A DNA stretch of 62,756 nucleotides, filler included, from Squatina squatina (GCA_031763465.1; 4 parts of 4 records of this genome joined end to end with filler, not necessarily neighbours in it), one strand, 5' to 3'. Positions 1 through 12,377 are shown, numbered from the whole stretch's first letter. The notes: a model not told the origin generated them from the letters alone. Numbers and translations: made by a program.

Positions 1-875
1 TTGGAGGACAGTACAGAGATAGGGAGAGACAAGGCCATGGAGGGGATTTGAAAACAAGGAGGACAATGTTAAAATTGAGGCATTGCGGAACAAAGTGTGA
101 TCAGCACATGACTAATAATTATCTTTTTTTAAATAACAGATGACATGCTGGGGATTGGGATCAGGTCGGCTGCTTCCAAGCTGATAACACTTACCCCAGG
201 AAATGAATAGAACGCTGGCGTAGCAAAGGCTCCTTATCCTGTGAAAGGTTTGGCACGATAGAGATACAATTACACTGTAGGAATGCTGTTCCACTGGTTC
301 CTGGGGATCAACTTTCCTCAGTGTCATTGTGGGAAGTTATTTAAAGCAAACCCAGCTCTCCAGGAGCCAAGTGCAAAAAAACAAATTTTTTAAGCATTTT
401 ATCGCCGTTAATTTCCTCAAGGCCTCTCTGCTCCAAGTCTGTAACTTCGATGGAAATTCCAATTATGCACGTAAATGGGATATCCACCAAAGTGATGGTG
501 GTGGAGCAGGAGAAAACCCCGAGGAAATTCCTTGAGAATTGATTTTGCCACGAAGCAGCACCAGAAACTAGTGTAAGTCCTGCTCCTCTTGGCTCCAGAT
601 CAGTGCTGTGCTGAACAGGAAGGCATTTATCAATGTCTACCATATCTCCCACCTGAGGAGTCACACCAGGGTCCTCACTGAAGCCTCCTGGGGATTGGTG
701 GAAGCCTGGGATCAGGCTGGGCGCCTACCCTATCAGTTTCAGACAACAGACCCAATGAGCAAAGAATACAAACACAGCAAAAAATGGGAACCATTTGAAT
801 ATCCCCAAGTCTAGCTAAAACCTGGTCGATAGATGAAGATGATTCTGGGTATATTGAATTTAAGTTCTGAGAAGA

Positions 876-1026
876 AAAAAAGAAAGACTTGCATTTATGT
901 TCACGACCTTGGGTCATCCCAAAGTGCTTTCAGCCAGTGAAGTACTTTTGGAGTGCAGTCACTGTTGTAATGTGGGAAACGCAGCAGCCAATTTGCACAC
1001 AGCAAGCTCCCATAAACAGCAATGTG
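876..1026 (-). mobile_element. SacSINE1/DeuSINE-type shark SINE, 3' portion
   Basis: Reverse complement of the 3' half of the full-length copy at 27992-28427 (aagaaagacttgcattta...cagccaatttgcacacagcaagctccc). Confidence 0.8.
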
Positions 1027-1126
1027 NNNNNNNNNNNNNNNNNNNNNNNNNNNNNNNNNNNNNNNNNNNNNNNNNNNNNNNNNNNNNNNNNNNNNNNNNN
1101 NNNNNNNNNNNNNNNNNNNNNNNNNN

Positions 1127-1315
1127 AGAAAAAAGAAAGACTTACATTTACATGGTGCCTTTCACTACCACTGGATGTCCCAAAACATTTTACAATCAAT
1201 GAGGTACTATTTTTTTGAAGTGTAGTGACTGTTGTAATGTGGGAAACGCAGCAGCCAATTCGAGCACATCGAGCTCCCACAAACAGCAATGTGATAATGA
1301 TCAGGTAATCTGTTT
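1127..1315 (-). mobile_element. SacSINE1/DeuSINE-type SINE, 3' portion
   Basis: Same family motif (gaagtgtagtgactgttgtaatgtgggaaacgcagcagccaa...aacagcaatgtgataatga). Confidence 0.8.
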
Positions 1316-2286
1316 AAGGAGATACCGAGTTGCTTGCACTGTTTGCACAGGTCCCAGGTGCCCTGTAGAGGGTGCTGCACTGTTTGGATGGTTGGCTGAC
1401 AGCAATTTGCCATGCAAAAGCCCACAAAACAGACAAGGGCAAGTGTAACGAATGGCTCCACTGACCGCAAAATCTGGCCCATTGACATCATTTAGTATCT
1501 GAGGTTAAATAAGCTATACCTGACACTTTTCCAGTATCATACTGTATGAAATGAAAAATACCCAGTTCAGTTGCCTGTCACCTAAAACTGGAACAACACA
1601 CAAATGGAGATTAGCTCTGATTGGGGATCTAAATTGTCCAACTTGTGCTAGTTGTTGATGTAGTCTCTCGCCGAATCGATGGATGAGCACTCGTTCCCAA
1701 TTTGACTCCTAGAGTTGAATAGTCTGCCAGCACTCACCGTCAATGTCCACACGTGAAGAATGGCCTCTTTGCTGAGGTACTGGAATGTGCTAGTCGTCGG
1801 GGTACCGTACACTGCTACGAGCCAGTGACCACAGGAAAGCAAGGCAGAAAAGTAGTTGGGGGAGAGTGNNNNNNNNNNNNNNNNNNNNNNNNNNNNNNNN
1901 NNNNNNNNNNNNNNNNNNNNNNNNNNNNNNNNNNNNNNNNNNNNNNNNNNNNNNNNNNNNNNNNNNNNTCAAGATAGTCTTGTGGAAAAATAGTCATTAA
2001 GCAAAGGACTAGAACTTTGCAATTGTGTGGTGTAAATGATGATGCAGTGAACGCCATTGTGCTGAATTTAATTTGCATTGCTCCAGTGCTGAAGAGTGTT
2101 AGTGCTGCAGTTCACTGTGCTGCAGTTTAACAGCGTGCAAAATAAACAACATCCCTGTCATCACAACACAAGCGGCTCATTGGCTCCCGCCAGCTGGAAT
2201 TGGGATGGTATTGTCCCAAATATTGCGGGGAAAAACTTTCCGTTCCCGCTCCAACTGACACCCCTCCTGAAAGGGCCCTAACGGTA

Positions 2287-2450
2287 GAAAGAAAGATTTG
2301 CATTTATATAGCGCTCTGCATGAACTCAGGATGTCCCGAGGTGCTTTACAGCCAATGAAGCAAACCTTGTAGTGTGGTCACCGTTGTAATACAGGGAACG
2401 CGGCAGCCAAATTGCGCACAGCAAGCTCCCAATGATACAATGACCAGATG
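2287..2450 (-). mobile_element. SacSINE1/DeuSINE-type SINE, 3' portion
   Basis: gaaagaaagatttgcatttatatagcgc...gcagccaaattgcgcacagcaagctccc matches the other copies in the window. Confidence 0.8.
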
Positions 2451-2572
2451 AGGGAGAAGGGAACAGAGGGTTATGCTGATAAATTTAGATGAGGAAAGAG
2501 TGGAGAAGGCTCAAGTGGAGCATAAATGCCAACGTGGACTGGTTGGGCCAAATGGCCGATTTCTGTGCCATA

Positions 2573-2750
2573 TATAAGAACATAAGAACATAAGAAATAG
2601 GAGCAGGAGTAGGCCATTCGTCCCCTCGAGCCTGCCCCGCCATTCGATGAGATCATGGCTGATTTGATTCTGACCTCAACTCCACTTTCCTGCCTGTTTC
2701 CCATAACCTTTGGCTCCCTTGCTGCTCAAAAATCTGTCTATCTCAGCCTA
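2573..2750 (-). mobile_element. CR1-clade LINE 3' end
   Basis: (ataagaac)n tail followed by aataggagcaggagtaggccattcg...gatcatggctgat, the typical shark CR1 3' UTR; recurs at 6916, 7111, 10883, 10959 and 17118. Confidence 0.8.
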
Positions 2751-3392
2751 TGTAATCCTATGTAAAAATAATTTGTTTTAGTGATGTTGGTTGAAGGAGA
2801 GAAAAAGCAGGCAGAATTCTTGCTCCTGACCTGTAACCCCATCTGGAAACATGCGTGTAGACTTTGGATGATGAGAGAATTAGACTGAGCAGTGATGTCC
2901 CTCTACGGTTAGCAGCTGGCCCTCAGACATGAATAAAGATCAGTTGAGGCAAAGCATTGGAAGGATGGTGGCATCCATGGGACCATATTCTAGCTTGAGG
3001 CGGCACTGTCAGGAGAGAGGGGATGGGGGTGGGGGGGGTTTGGAAGCTCCNNNNNNNNNNNNNNNNNNNNNNNNNNNNNNNNNNNNNNNNNNNNNNNNNN
3101 NNNNNNNNNNNNNNNNNNNNNNNNNNNNNNNNNNNNNNNNNNNNNNNNNNGGGGGGGGGGGGGGGGCGCAGGCCATGCAGGGATTTGAAAACAAGGATGA
3201 GGATTAAAAAAAGAGAGATGTTGCCAGACCGGGAGCCAATGTCGATCAGCGAGTGTTGAAGTTCTGTGTCAATTTATTTACTCCGCACTCTCTCCCATCG
3301 GTTTATGGCCGTGCTCCTTGCTCTATTTTTCTAAGTTTAATGAAGATCCCCCTCCGAACGGGGGCTCACATTCTGCCCACAAGCTCTCTTAC

Positions 3393-3556
3393 CAGATGTC
3401 CTTTTCCAAGGACTTGATGCGATTCTGCAGTTGTTCATTGGCCTCGTGTAGGTCTTCCAGCTCCCGCAAAGCTTTCTTCCTCGCAGTTTCCTGTCGCTCA
3501 ATTTCCTCCTCTGCCTCATCCACTTGTCGCTTCAGTGCTTTCACTCGCAAGGTCAG
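3393..3556 (-). CDS. CGN: Cingulin, penultimate coding exon (C-terminal coiled-coil rod)
   Basis: 164-bp exon, cag acceptor and GTAAGA donor; translates [54 protein letters not shown](W), closely matching recalled human cingulin [59 protein letters not shown] on the same scaffold agrees with human 1q21 synteny. Confidence 0.92.
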
Positions 3557-4029
3557 CTGCACAGCAAATAGAAACTCAATTTAAAAAGGGACGGGCAGCT
3601 TGCTGCAAAAATGGAGGTATTGTTACAAGCCTGACATTCGGGAATTTTAATGCTCGTTACGGAGATTTCTCTCGCTAACAGTTTGCACGTGAGCTGTGAC
3701 GTTAAACCATGCAAATGTGCCTTATACCTCCATCCTGTGAAAATATAGCCAATTTACACATTAATCTTTTACCAATACATGGGCTATTAGAATACTCAAC
3801 TGACCAAAGGGATGAGGATTTTGTACTTTCGGCTCTGAGCATTGACCAGTTCACTTTCTTCCTCTGTCACAGCTTCTCGAGCACTCTCTGCCCGACAGCA
3901 ATGACGACGGACCCGTTGCTGNNNNNNNNNNNNNNNNNNNNNNNNNNNNNNNNNNNNNNNNNNNNNNNNNNNNNNNNNNNNNNNNNNNNNNNNNNNNNNN
4001 NNNNNNNNNNNNNNNNNNNNNGAGAGATC

Positions 4030-4275
4030 ATCCAATCTCTCCTGCCTTCCCCCCAATCGCAGGGCTTCCTTTTAGTTCCTACCGCCCCTCCCCCCTTTCC
4101 CTGCCTCTGGACTTGCTTAAAACCTGTTACATCCCTAATCTTCTAATGAAAGGTCAACGACCTGAAATGTTAACTTCATTTCTCACTCCACAGATGTTGC
4201 CTGACTGTAGCTGAGTTATTTCTAGCATTTTCTGGTTTTATTTTAGATTTCCAGCATCCACAGTAATGTGCTTCT
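4030..4275. mobile_element. Shark interspersed repeat with terminal inverted arm (probably Penelope-associated)
   Basis: gaaaggtca..gacctgaaa.gttaac...ctgag..attt..agcattttctg..tttatt..agatttccagca, same family as 24485-24680. Confidence 0.55.
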
Positions 4276-4874
4276 ATTCTCTATGTTCAGATTGTGTGTA
4301 GGTTATGCACCCCCAAGAAGGGCACTGTGTTTTAAAACATGAGCTATTTAAGACAATTAACTATCAGTGTGCGGGTCTCTTGAAATGACAGCATTGAAAT
4401 AATTTATTAATATCCTCATAACTGCTTGATAGTTAATATACAGAAGGCTAAGGTTTGGGGAAACATTTCTGCGCACCGGCAGTGAGTTTTCGATATTTAA
4501 CGCACAACGGATGCGGGGAGGCGGATAGGGATAGAGTTTTGACAGAAGCTTGAAAATGCGAGGAAAATAATCGGAGTTTTTCGTGGATTAACGATGGCGG
4601 GGGAACAGAAAGTCTGGAGGGTCAGCAGGCATCAAATGAAAGCGTTTCATTGTGAAAGGAGACTAAGGATGCCCTTCGGGTATAAAACCAAAAGTCTCTT
4701 TTCTATTCACCGGCAAAAGGGGAAGCAATTTGTTCCTGGATCCGAGGGTAATTTGAGGCTGGTTCTCATGACCGAGTACTGCAGGGGCATTTAGAGAGCT
4801 TTTGACTGTGAGCTGCAGTGCATGACAGTTTACAGCCAAAAACTTCCTTCAGCTCTTACAGCACATCGCTATAA

Positions 4875-5376
4875 ACACAGAGAGAGGGCGAAGAGAGCGA
4901 GCGTGGAGAGAGGGCATAGAAAGCGAGCGCAAAGAGAGCGAGCACAAAGAGAGAGAGCGCGAGCACGAAGAGAGAGAGCATGAGTGCAGAAATGTCGAAG
5001 AGAACGAGGTCAAAGAGACAGTGTGTGAAGAGAGAGGGAGCGTGATGGTGGTGAGAGATAGTGAAGAGAGAGAGCGGGCAGAGAGAGAGAGGGAGAGGGT
5101 GAAGAGAGAGAGAGGGAGAGGGAGAAGAGAGAGAGATAGAGAGGATGAAGAGAGCGAGTGCAAAGAGAGCGAGCGCAAAGAGAGAGCGCACGAGGAGAGC
5201 GCGAGGGTGAAGAGAGCGAGGACGAAGAGAGAGAGAAACAAAGAGAGAGAGGGTGAAGAGAGCAAAGAGAGAGAGGGAGCGAGAGCGAGCGAGCGAGAGG
5301 GAGCGAGCGAGCGAGAGGGAGCGAGAGCGAGCGAGCGAGCGAGAGGGCGCGAGAGCGAGCGAGCGAGCGAGAGCGA
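4875..5376. repeat. GA/GAGC-rich low-complexity microsatellite
   Basis: (GA)n and (GAGC)n runs; explains the spurious ER-rich and LS-rich ORFs. Confidence 0.95.
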
Positions 5377-5476
5377 NNNNNNNNNNNNNNNNNNNNNNNN
5401 NNNNNNNNNNNNNNNNNNNNNNNNNNNNNNNNNNNNNNNNNNNNNNNNNNNNNNNNNNNNNNNNNNNNNNNNNNNN

Positions 5477-5620
5477 CCAGGATTTTGACCCAGTGACGAC
5501 GAAGGAACGGCGATAGACTTCCAAGTCAGGATGGTGTGTGACTTGGAGGGGAATGTGGAGGTGGTGCTGTTCCCATGCGCCTGCTGCCCTTATCCTTCTA
5601 GGTGGTAGAGGTCGCGGGTT
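5477..5620 (-). mobile_element. LINE (L2/CR1-like) 3' fragment
   Basis: Reverse complement of the 42783-42900 sequence (cagcaccacct..a..ttcccctccaagtcacac..catcctgacttggaa). Confidence 0.7.
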
Positions 5621-6915
5621 AATTTTTTTTGTCTTATTTTTAAAACTATTATGTAATGACATGTTATCATTTGTTGAACACAGGTAAGGGTAGAGTCCAG
5701 AACTTACGACAGAAATGGTTTATTTTGGGTCAACGGTTAATGCCAAACCTACTGAAGTTGTTGTTGCTGTTTTCTCCTGAAAGGTTGTGGGACATCAATT
5801 TCTTAGGGTTCTTTTGCAACACCTTAAATTGGGGACAAGTTGGTATTTGAATATCACTGACCATGATATAATCATTAACATATCGTGTGCACAAGGTGAT
5901 TTTAGAGACTAGCTGACCTTTGACCTCTCACAATGAAGGAGACAGCTATTTCACCTGGAGAGGAGGCACGCTGCCATAATCATCTTTAAAACTAAAGTAT
6001 CAAACAAAAAGATATATAAAATGTATCAAGTCATAGCATGAAAAGGCCTGCCTCCGATTGTTATGTTCCTGCTGCTCATACTCACGACTGGTTGGGGTCC
6101 AGTGCTTGAAATCTTACTGGTGAACCAGTCTTGCTGTAAAACAGCACAGAACCACTCACCATGCCCTTGATCACTGTTTAAATACAGCCAAGAATGGTGG
6201 GCATCTAGTAGGTGAATAATACTGATGTGGAACAAGCCAGTAGCATGATTTTTAAGGTGCACTGTTTTTGACATGCCTATGGATCTGTCTCTGAGTAATA
6301 CCTGACACTCCAGTAAATCAAATACACAAGTGATGAGATGCCTCAATCCTGGGCCAGGCCATTAAGCGAGGCATCGGGGAGAAGTAAAGTCTCTTAGATA
6401 GGGATGTTACAGTGTCAAATTTCCATGGAATGATAACCGTGGGAAAAGGAAAAGAAGGAATGGAGCATCTTAGACCATGTAAAAAAATACCTTACTCAAT
6501 TTGAGGCTGCTCCAGTCTCAGGAATTTAAAATAACATTGGACAAACAATGGGATTGAAACAAGTGCCAAATGGGAGACAGGCACGCAGACTTTAGGTGAG
6601 GACAGTACGTGCATAGCTGAAATGCTTAAAGTCCACCAACAATATCAAAGGCCATGGCAGCATAATATCAATCTCATTGTGGCCTTGTGCTGGTCAAGCT
6701 AATGGCCGCAATTTCTTTTCATGTCAATACTTATCTACTATCTTCACAGAATACTATTTCTTGACGATGTTGCTGCTTCGTTCTTACATTAGGCTTCATC
6801 TCCTCTGCCTGATATTTTTTGCACTATTCTAACCCAGTTTTTAACCCATTTAACTGAAACATGTTCCAAGAAATCCCCTGGCATTGTCCCTGTAGATGAG
6901 CAAAGAGAGGCAGAA

Positions 6916-7880
6916 ACATAGAAAGATAGAAAATAGGTGCAGGAGTAGGCCATTCGGCCCTTCGAGCTTGCACCGCCATTCAACACGATCATGGCTGATC
7001 TTNNNNNNNNNNNNNNNNNNNNNNNNNNNNNNNNNNNNNNNNNNNNNNNNNNNNNNNNNNNNNNNNNNNNNNNNNNNNNNNNNNNNNNNNNNNNNNNNNN
7101 NNACAACTAAGATAAGAACATAAGAAATAGGAGCAGGAGTCGGCCACTCGGCCCATCGAGCCTGCTCCAACATTCAATGAGATCATGGCTGATCCGACAT
7201 TCCTCAAATCCACTTTCCTGCCCTTTCCCCATAACCCTTGATTCCCTCACTGATTAAAAATCGATCTATCTCAGCTTTAAATATACTCAAAGACTCGGCC
7301 TCCACAGCTCTCTGTGGCAAGGAGTTCCAAAGACTCACAACCCACGCTCTTGCCCACTCACTCAGCCCGTCTCTATCCCCTTGAAGACTCTTTGCATCCC
7401 CCTCACAACTCACATTCCCACCTAGCTTTGTACCATCAGCAAACTTGAATATATTACACTGGGTCCCCTCATCCCGTTTATTCTTTGTCTCTGTTTTCTG
7501 TCTGTTAACCAATCCTCACTTCATGCCAGTATATTACCCCCAATCTCATAAGCTCTAATTTTGTTTAATATGCGGCACCTTATCGAAAGCCTTCTGAAAA
7601 TCCAAATACACCACATCCACTGGTTCCCCCTTATCTATTCTACTNNNNNNNNNNTAGCTACAACCTCAAAAAACTCTTAGCAGATTTTTCAAACATGATT
7701 TCCCTTTCATGAACCGGTGTTGACTTTGCGCAATCTTATTATTATTTTCCAAGTGTCCTGTTACCACGTCCTTAATAATAGATTCTGGCAATTTCCCTAC
7801 TCCTGATGCCAGGCTAATAGGTCCATAGTTCCCCATTTTCTCTTTCCCTCCTTTCTTAAATAGTGAGGCTACATTTAACA
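6916..7880 (-). mobile_element. CR1 LINE fragments (RT domain plus 3' UTR)
   Basis: Minus-strand translations contain FKKGGKEKMGNYGPISLASGVGKL..IIKD...SQHRFMKGKSCL, KFADGTKLGG and LWNSLPQRAVEAESLSIFKAEIDRFL, with stops and deletions. Confidence 0.9.
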
Positions 7881-8493
7881 CTCCATGAATATCTGATTTC
7901 ATATATATACAAGTTGCATCACAGGCTTAAGTAAAAGCTTAATAGAACAGAGGACAGTGAGAACAACACAATACTTAATTAATAGTTTTTGAAACAAGAA
8001 ATACGAGTTAAGTAAAGTTCCGCAATCCAGTCAAATCTGCTGTGTTTGCTCTCGCTTCAGTTTAATTTTACGCCTGAATAAACCCAATTCACAGCTGTAG
8101 CCTGTGAGTTACAATATGTCAGACTGTCACGTGTCCTTCAGTCAGAGAGGTTCGGAGTTGCTGTTTCTAGTGAACATTATCAATGGCAAATGGGCTTATT
8201 GTTAACCCAGGGCACACTAGCCTCCCAGATTACTTTGTGCGTTATGTCATATTTTGGTTTACAGCGATGGGCCCCCGGGCAAGTGGTCCTTTACGAAGGC
8301 CTTGATAAAATGTATTTGTAGCACAGCAGGTTGTGCCACTATACCAGCAATAATACTTACTAAAGGTTGCTTGTTCCATCAATAGTGCAACTTNNNNNNN
8401 NNNNNNNNNNNNNNNNNNNNNNNNNNNNNNNNNNNNNNNNNNNNNNNNNNNNNNNNNNNNNNNNNNNNNNNNNNNNNNNNNNNNNNNNNNNNN

Positions 8494-8762
8494 AATAAGA
8501 AGTTATTTCCAATGGCTAAAGGGTCAATAACGAGAGGGCACAGATTTAAAGTGATTGGCAGAAGAAAATAACTTTTTACACAACGAGTGGTTAGGATTTG
8601 GAACGCACTGCCTGATAGGGCGGTGGATACAGATTCAATAGCAGCCTTCGAAAGGGAATTGGATAAATACTTGAAGAAGAAAAAATTGCAGGGATATGAG
8701 GAAAGAACTAGGGAGTGAGATTAACTGAATTGCTCTTCAAAAGAGCCAGCTCAGACTCAATG
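8494..8762 (+). mobile_element. CR1 LINE 3' fragment
   Basis: TRGHRFKV...FTQRVVRIWNALP...FERELDKYL C-terminal ORF2 motifs. Confidence 0.8.
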
Positions 8763-9345
8763 GTATACCAGACATCGATTAGAAGTAGGGATCCAGGCCA
8801 ATGTTTCTCTTCCCTAAGCAAAGGTCTGGTGGCCATTGTAGTGCTCTGACTGCCGCCCTGGGTGAGATTTAAGCTGAGATCTTCTTGGTCTGTGTGGCTC
8901 AGCTACTCACTGGGTACAATCACGAAGGAATCTGGCGAACAAAAGTGTTATTTTTTTAATGAACTTAACTCTATCACATAAGCTTACTCTCCCTTTAATG
9001 TGCGAACAAATAGAAATTATACAATGTTCAGAGGATATCAGAAATATCTATTACTTGAAATATTCTTTGTCAACGTAGGCAAAAGAGGAAACAGGATGAA
9101 GGGAACTTCACAGTAACACTTGATCCTCTCTTGGCCTGACATCTGTATATGCAAGACGTCACTAAATAGAGATCAAGGAACGTTGCCCTATTAGATTTTA
9201 TTAATAGTGAAGAACTCCTCAAGAATGATTATAAGAATTGTGACAATCTATTAGAAATTGTAGTTATAATGCAGTTATAATTATAGTTATAATGTATTTG
9301 CAACAGCAACATTTAGGAAAATTGGCCAAAGGCATGGTAAAAAGG

Positions 9346-9515
9346 TGAAGAAAGAAAGCAAGAACTTGCATTTATTTACTGTCTTTCATGACCTCACCCA
9401 AAGCGCATTTCAGCCAATTAATTATCTTTGATGTGCAGTCACTGTTGTAATGTAGGAAAGCATGGTAACAGATTTACGCATATCAAGGTCCCACACACAG
9501 CAATGTGATAATCAT
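9346..9515 (-). mobile_element. SacSINE1/DeuSINE-type SINE, 3' portion
   Basis: aaagaaagcaagaacttgcattta...cagtcactgttgtaatgtaggaaa...cagcaatgtgataat. Confidence 0.75.
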
Positions 9516-9620
9516 AGAATNNNNNNNNNNNNNNNNNNNNNNNNNNNNNNNNNNNNNNNNNNNNNNNNNNNNNNNNNNNNNNNNNNNNNNNNNNNNNNNN
9601 NNNNNNNNNNNNNNNNNNNN

Positions 9621-9798
9621 GCGCTCCCTCAGGTACCGCCCCTCCGACAGTGCGGCGCTCCCTCAGGTACCGCCCCTCCGACAGTGCGGCGCTCCCTCAG
9701 TACTGCCCCTCCGGCAGTGCGGCGCTCCCTCAGGTACCGCCCCTCCGACAGTGCGGCGCTCCCTCAGGTACCGCCCCTCCGACAGTGCAGCGCTCCCT
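9621..9798. repeat. 34-bp GC-rich minisatellite, about 5 copies
   Basis: Unit gcgctccctcaggtaccgcccctccgacagtgcg starting at 9621, 9655, 9689, 9722, 9756 and partially 9790; open-ended at the gap. Confidence 0.95.
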
Positions 9799-10882
9799 TA
9801 CCTTTGCTTTTAAACGAGGAAAGGAATGAAAAATAAAGCTGCTTTTCAGATTTTTTTTTCTTTTTAATTATCATATGTGTTGGGTTTTGTGCCTGTGGAA
9901 TCGAATTTCTGGCTCGCAGTGAGAATCGGATGGTATGGAAGGTGTGAGGAAGTTTTGGGGGTGGGATGAGGGGAGACCGCCAGTTGCTCGAACTGCCCTG
10001 CCCAGTGAAATCCCAAGCCTCAGGATCCTGGCAGAAGACGGTGAACGCGAGGGCTGTAGTGGGTCACAGTAAAAAGATTCAGCCCAAAATTTAGGGGATT
10101 CCCCTTTAAGGGGGATTCCCCTTTAAGGGGGCTCCCCTGCGCTATTTACAAGCCCTCCCCACCCTGCCCCCATTGAAAATGGGCAGGCTCGTATAAAGTT
10201 TCCACCTGGCACCGTGCTTCCTTACAGGGGAGGCCGTCCGCGTGATGGTGGAAGCGCCGCCTTCAAGAGGCATGCCAGGAGCCATGGACCAACCCTAGAC
10301 GGTCCCCGCCAGCCATAGGCAGAGACACAGAGTCAAAAAAAAACAGTTCTGGAAATTTCCATTGGCATGAGGTTGCTTGCAATCAAGAAATGTTTAAAAG
10401 GAAAAAAAAATTGTGACATGCTTTAAGAGAGATTGATTCTCGCCAAAGTCCCCACGGCCAAATGGTGCAATAAACAAAGCGATAAACAAACGGAGATCCG
10501 TTGGGTGCAAAGTGGCTTTCGCCATGGCCCAGATTTCTCGGAGCGGAGTGATCAAAATGGCCGCCGGCTTGATGGTGTCTTCCTCGAATGCACGGCCTGG
10601 AAATCTTTAAAAAAATTTTTTTTTAAAAAACATGGCCTCCGGCTTGACCATGCGTTAATTGGAAAGGAATGGTCCCTAAACTTCGAAATGGCCGCCAACT
10701 TGACGGTGTGTTAGTTGGAGGGGAATGGTCTTGAAATTTCTAAATGGCTGCCTACTTGACGATGTGTCAATTGGAGAGAAATNNNNNNNNNNNNNNNNNN
10801 NNNNNNNNNNNNNNNNNNNNNNNNNNNNNNNNNNNNNNNNNNNNNNNNNNNNNNNNNNNNNNNNNNNNNNNNNNNNNNNNNN

Positions 10883-11222
10883 CATGATCATATTGAATGG
10901 CGGAGCAGGCTCGAAGGGCCGAATGGCCTACTCCTGCTCCTATTTTCTATGTTTCTATTCAAGACAGAGATGAGGAGGAATTTCTTAACTCAGAGGGTTG
11001 TGAATCTTTCGAATTCTCTGCCCCAGAGGGCTGTGGATGTTGAGTCTGAGTATATTCAAGGCTAAGATAGATAGATTTTTGGACTCCAGACGAAAGTCAA
11101 GGGATTATGGAGATCGGGCGGGAAAGTGGAGTTGAGGTCAATGATCAGCCATGGTCTTATTGAATGGCGGAGCAGGCTTGAGGGGCCGTATGGCCTACTC
11201 CTGCTCCCATTTCTTATCTTCT
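10883..11222 (+). mobile_element. Two CR1 LINE 3' ends
   Basis: tgaatggcggagcaggctcgaagggccgaatggcctactcctgctcctattt tails; FLTQRVVNLSNSLPQRAV motif. Confidence 0.85.
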
Positions 11223-11717
11223 TAAAATTAAAGGAACTAAGTTCTAAAATTTGGAAACAGACATTGCAGTGAAATGTAACTATTCCAATTAAAATGTTAT
11301 TCCACTTACCACATAAGTGGGGTTCACATATTTGGTTCAACAGATTTATGGTATTCTGACACACAAAAATGATGAATGCTGAGTAGTGCTATTAGAACAC
11401 CAAAGGATATACTGCTCTATTATATCCTGAATAAGAGCCATACGTGCTATAATTTCACAGAAGTGAAAGACTTGCATTTATATAGTACCTTAACAGGATT
11501 CCAAAACATCTCAAAGTACTTCAATTGCACTGAATGGCTTTTGAGCTGCGTCACACACAATGAATTTGGTAAGCAAACAAGGCAAGATTCCACATACAGT
11601 AGCAAGATTAATCAATAGTGCCATGAGATCCAGCTGAAATATTAGAATGGTGCCTCAGTTCAACATTTCATCCAAAAATAATCTCCAACAATGCTGACAT
11701 CCTTCCACATTGCAGCG

Positions 11718-12230
11718 CTATTATAAACTGGCAGGACAAACGCACCAACGTTAGCGTCCTCACCCAGGCCAACATCCCCAGCATCGAGGACCTGGATACG
11801 CTCAATCAGCTGCGATGGGCCAGTCACGTCGTCCGCATGCAAGATACAAGCTCTCTATTCCAAACTCCGCCATGGGAAACGCCTCCGAGGAGGGCAGTGG
11901 AAACGCTACAAGGACGTTCTCAAGACCTTATTGAAGAAATGCAACATCCCCACTGACTCATGGGAATCCGCGGCCCAGGATCACCTGCAATGGAGAAGAG
12001 CCATCCGTGAAGGCACCAACCATTTTGGCGGAAGCATGCTGAGGACAAACATCGGCAGAGGAAGGAGCGCGCAGCAACTCACTCATCCCTGCCACTTGTC
12101 TCTTCAAGTATCACCTGCGGCCGCGTCTGCGGCTCCTGCATTGGACTATTTAGCCACCTCAGAACCCACAACTTCGGAGTGGAAGCTAGTCATCCTCGAA
12201 CCTGAGGGACTGCCTAAGAGAGAGAGAGAG
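11718..12230 (+). mobile_element. RTE-clade LINE 3' fragment
   Basis: INWQDKRTNVSVLTQANIPSIE...QLRWASHVVRM...LYSKLRHGKRLRGGQWKRYKDVLK...CNIPTDSWESAAQD, ending in an (AG)n tail. Confidence 0.85.
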
Positions 12231-12377
12231 TAAAAACAGAAAAGCAGATTATTATCTGAATAGTGATAGATTGGGAANNNNNNNNNNNNNNNNNNNNNNN
12301 NNNNNNNNNNNNNNNNNNNNNNNNNNNNNNNNNNNNNNNNNNNNNNNNNNNNNNNNNNNNNNNNNNNNNNNNNNNNN

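Noticed and set aside
130-870. Non-repetitive stretch with short ORFs (e.g. 341-664 minus)
   Set aside because: No recognisable protein; could be a terminal exon or UTR but cannot be supported.
4849-5662. Long ER-rich and LS-rich ORFs
   Set aside because: Translations of a GA microsatellite running through Ns.
6086-6133. 48-bp minus-strand segment with cag and GTGAGT sites
   Set aside because: Peptide does not resemble cingulin or POGZ, and another donor lies only 26 nt upstream; likely chance.
9462-9836. Repeat array as CRISPR or repeat-protein ORF
   Set aside because: Vertebrate DNA; head-to-tail 34-bp units with no unique spacers and no cas genes.
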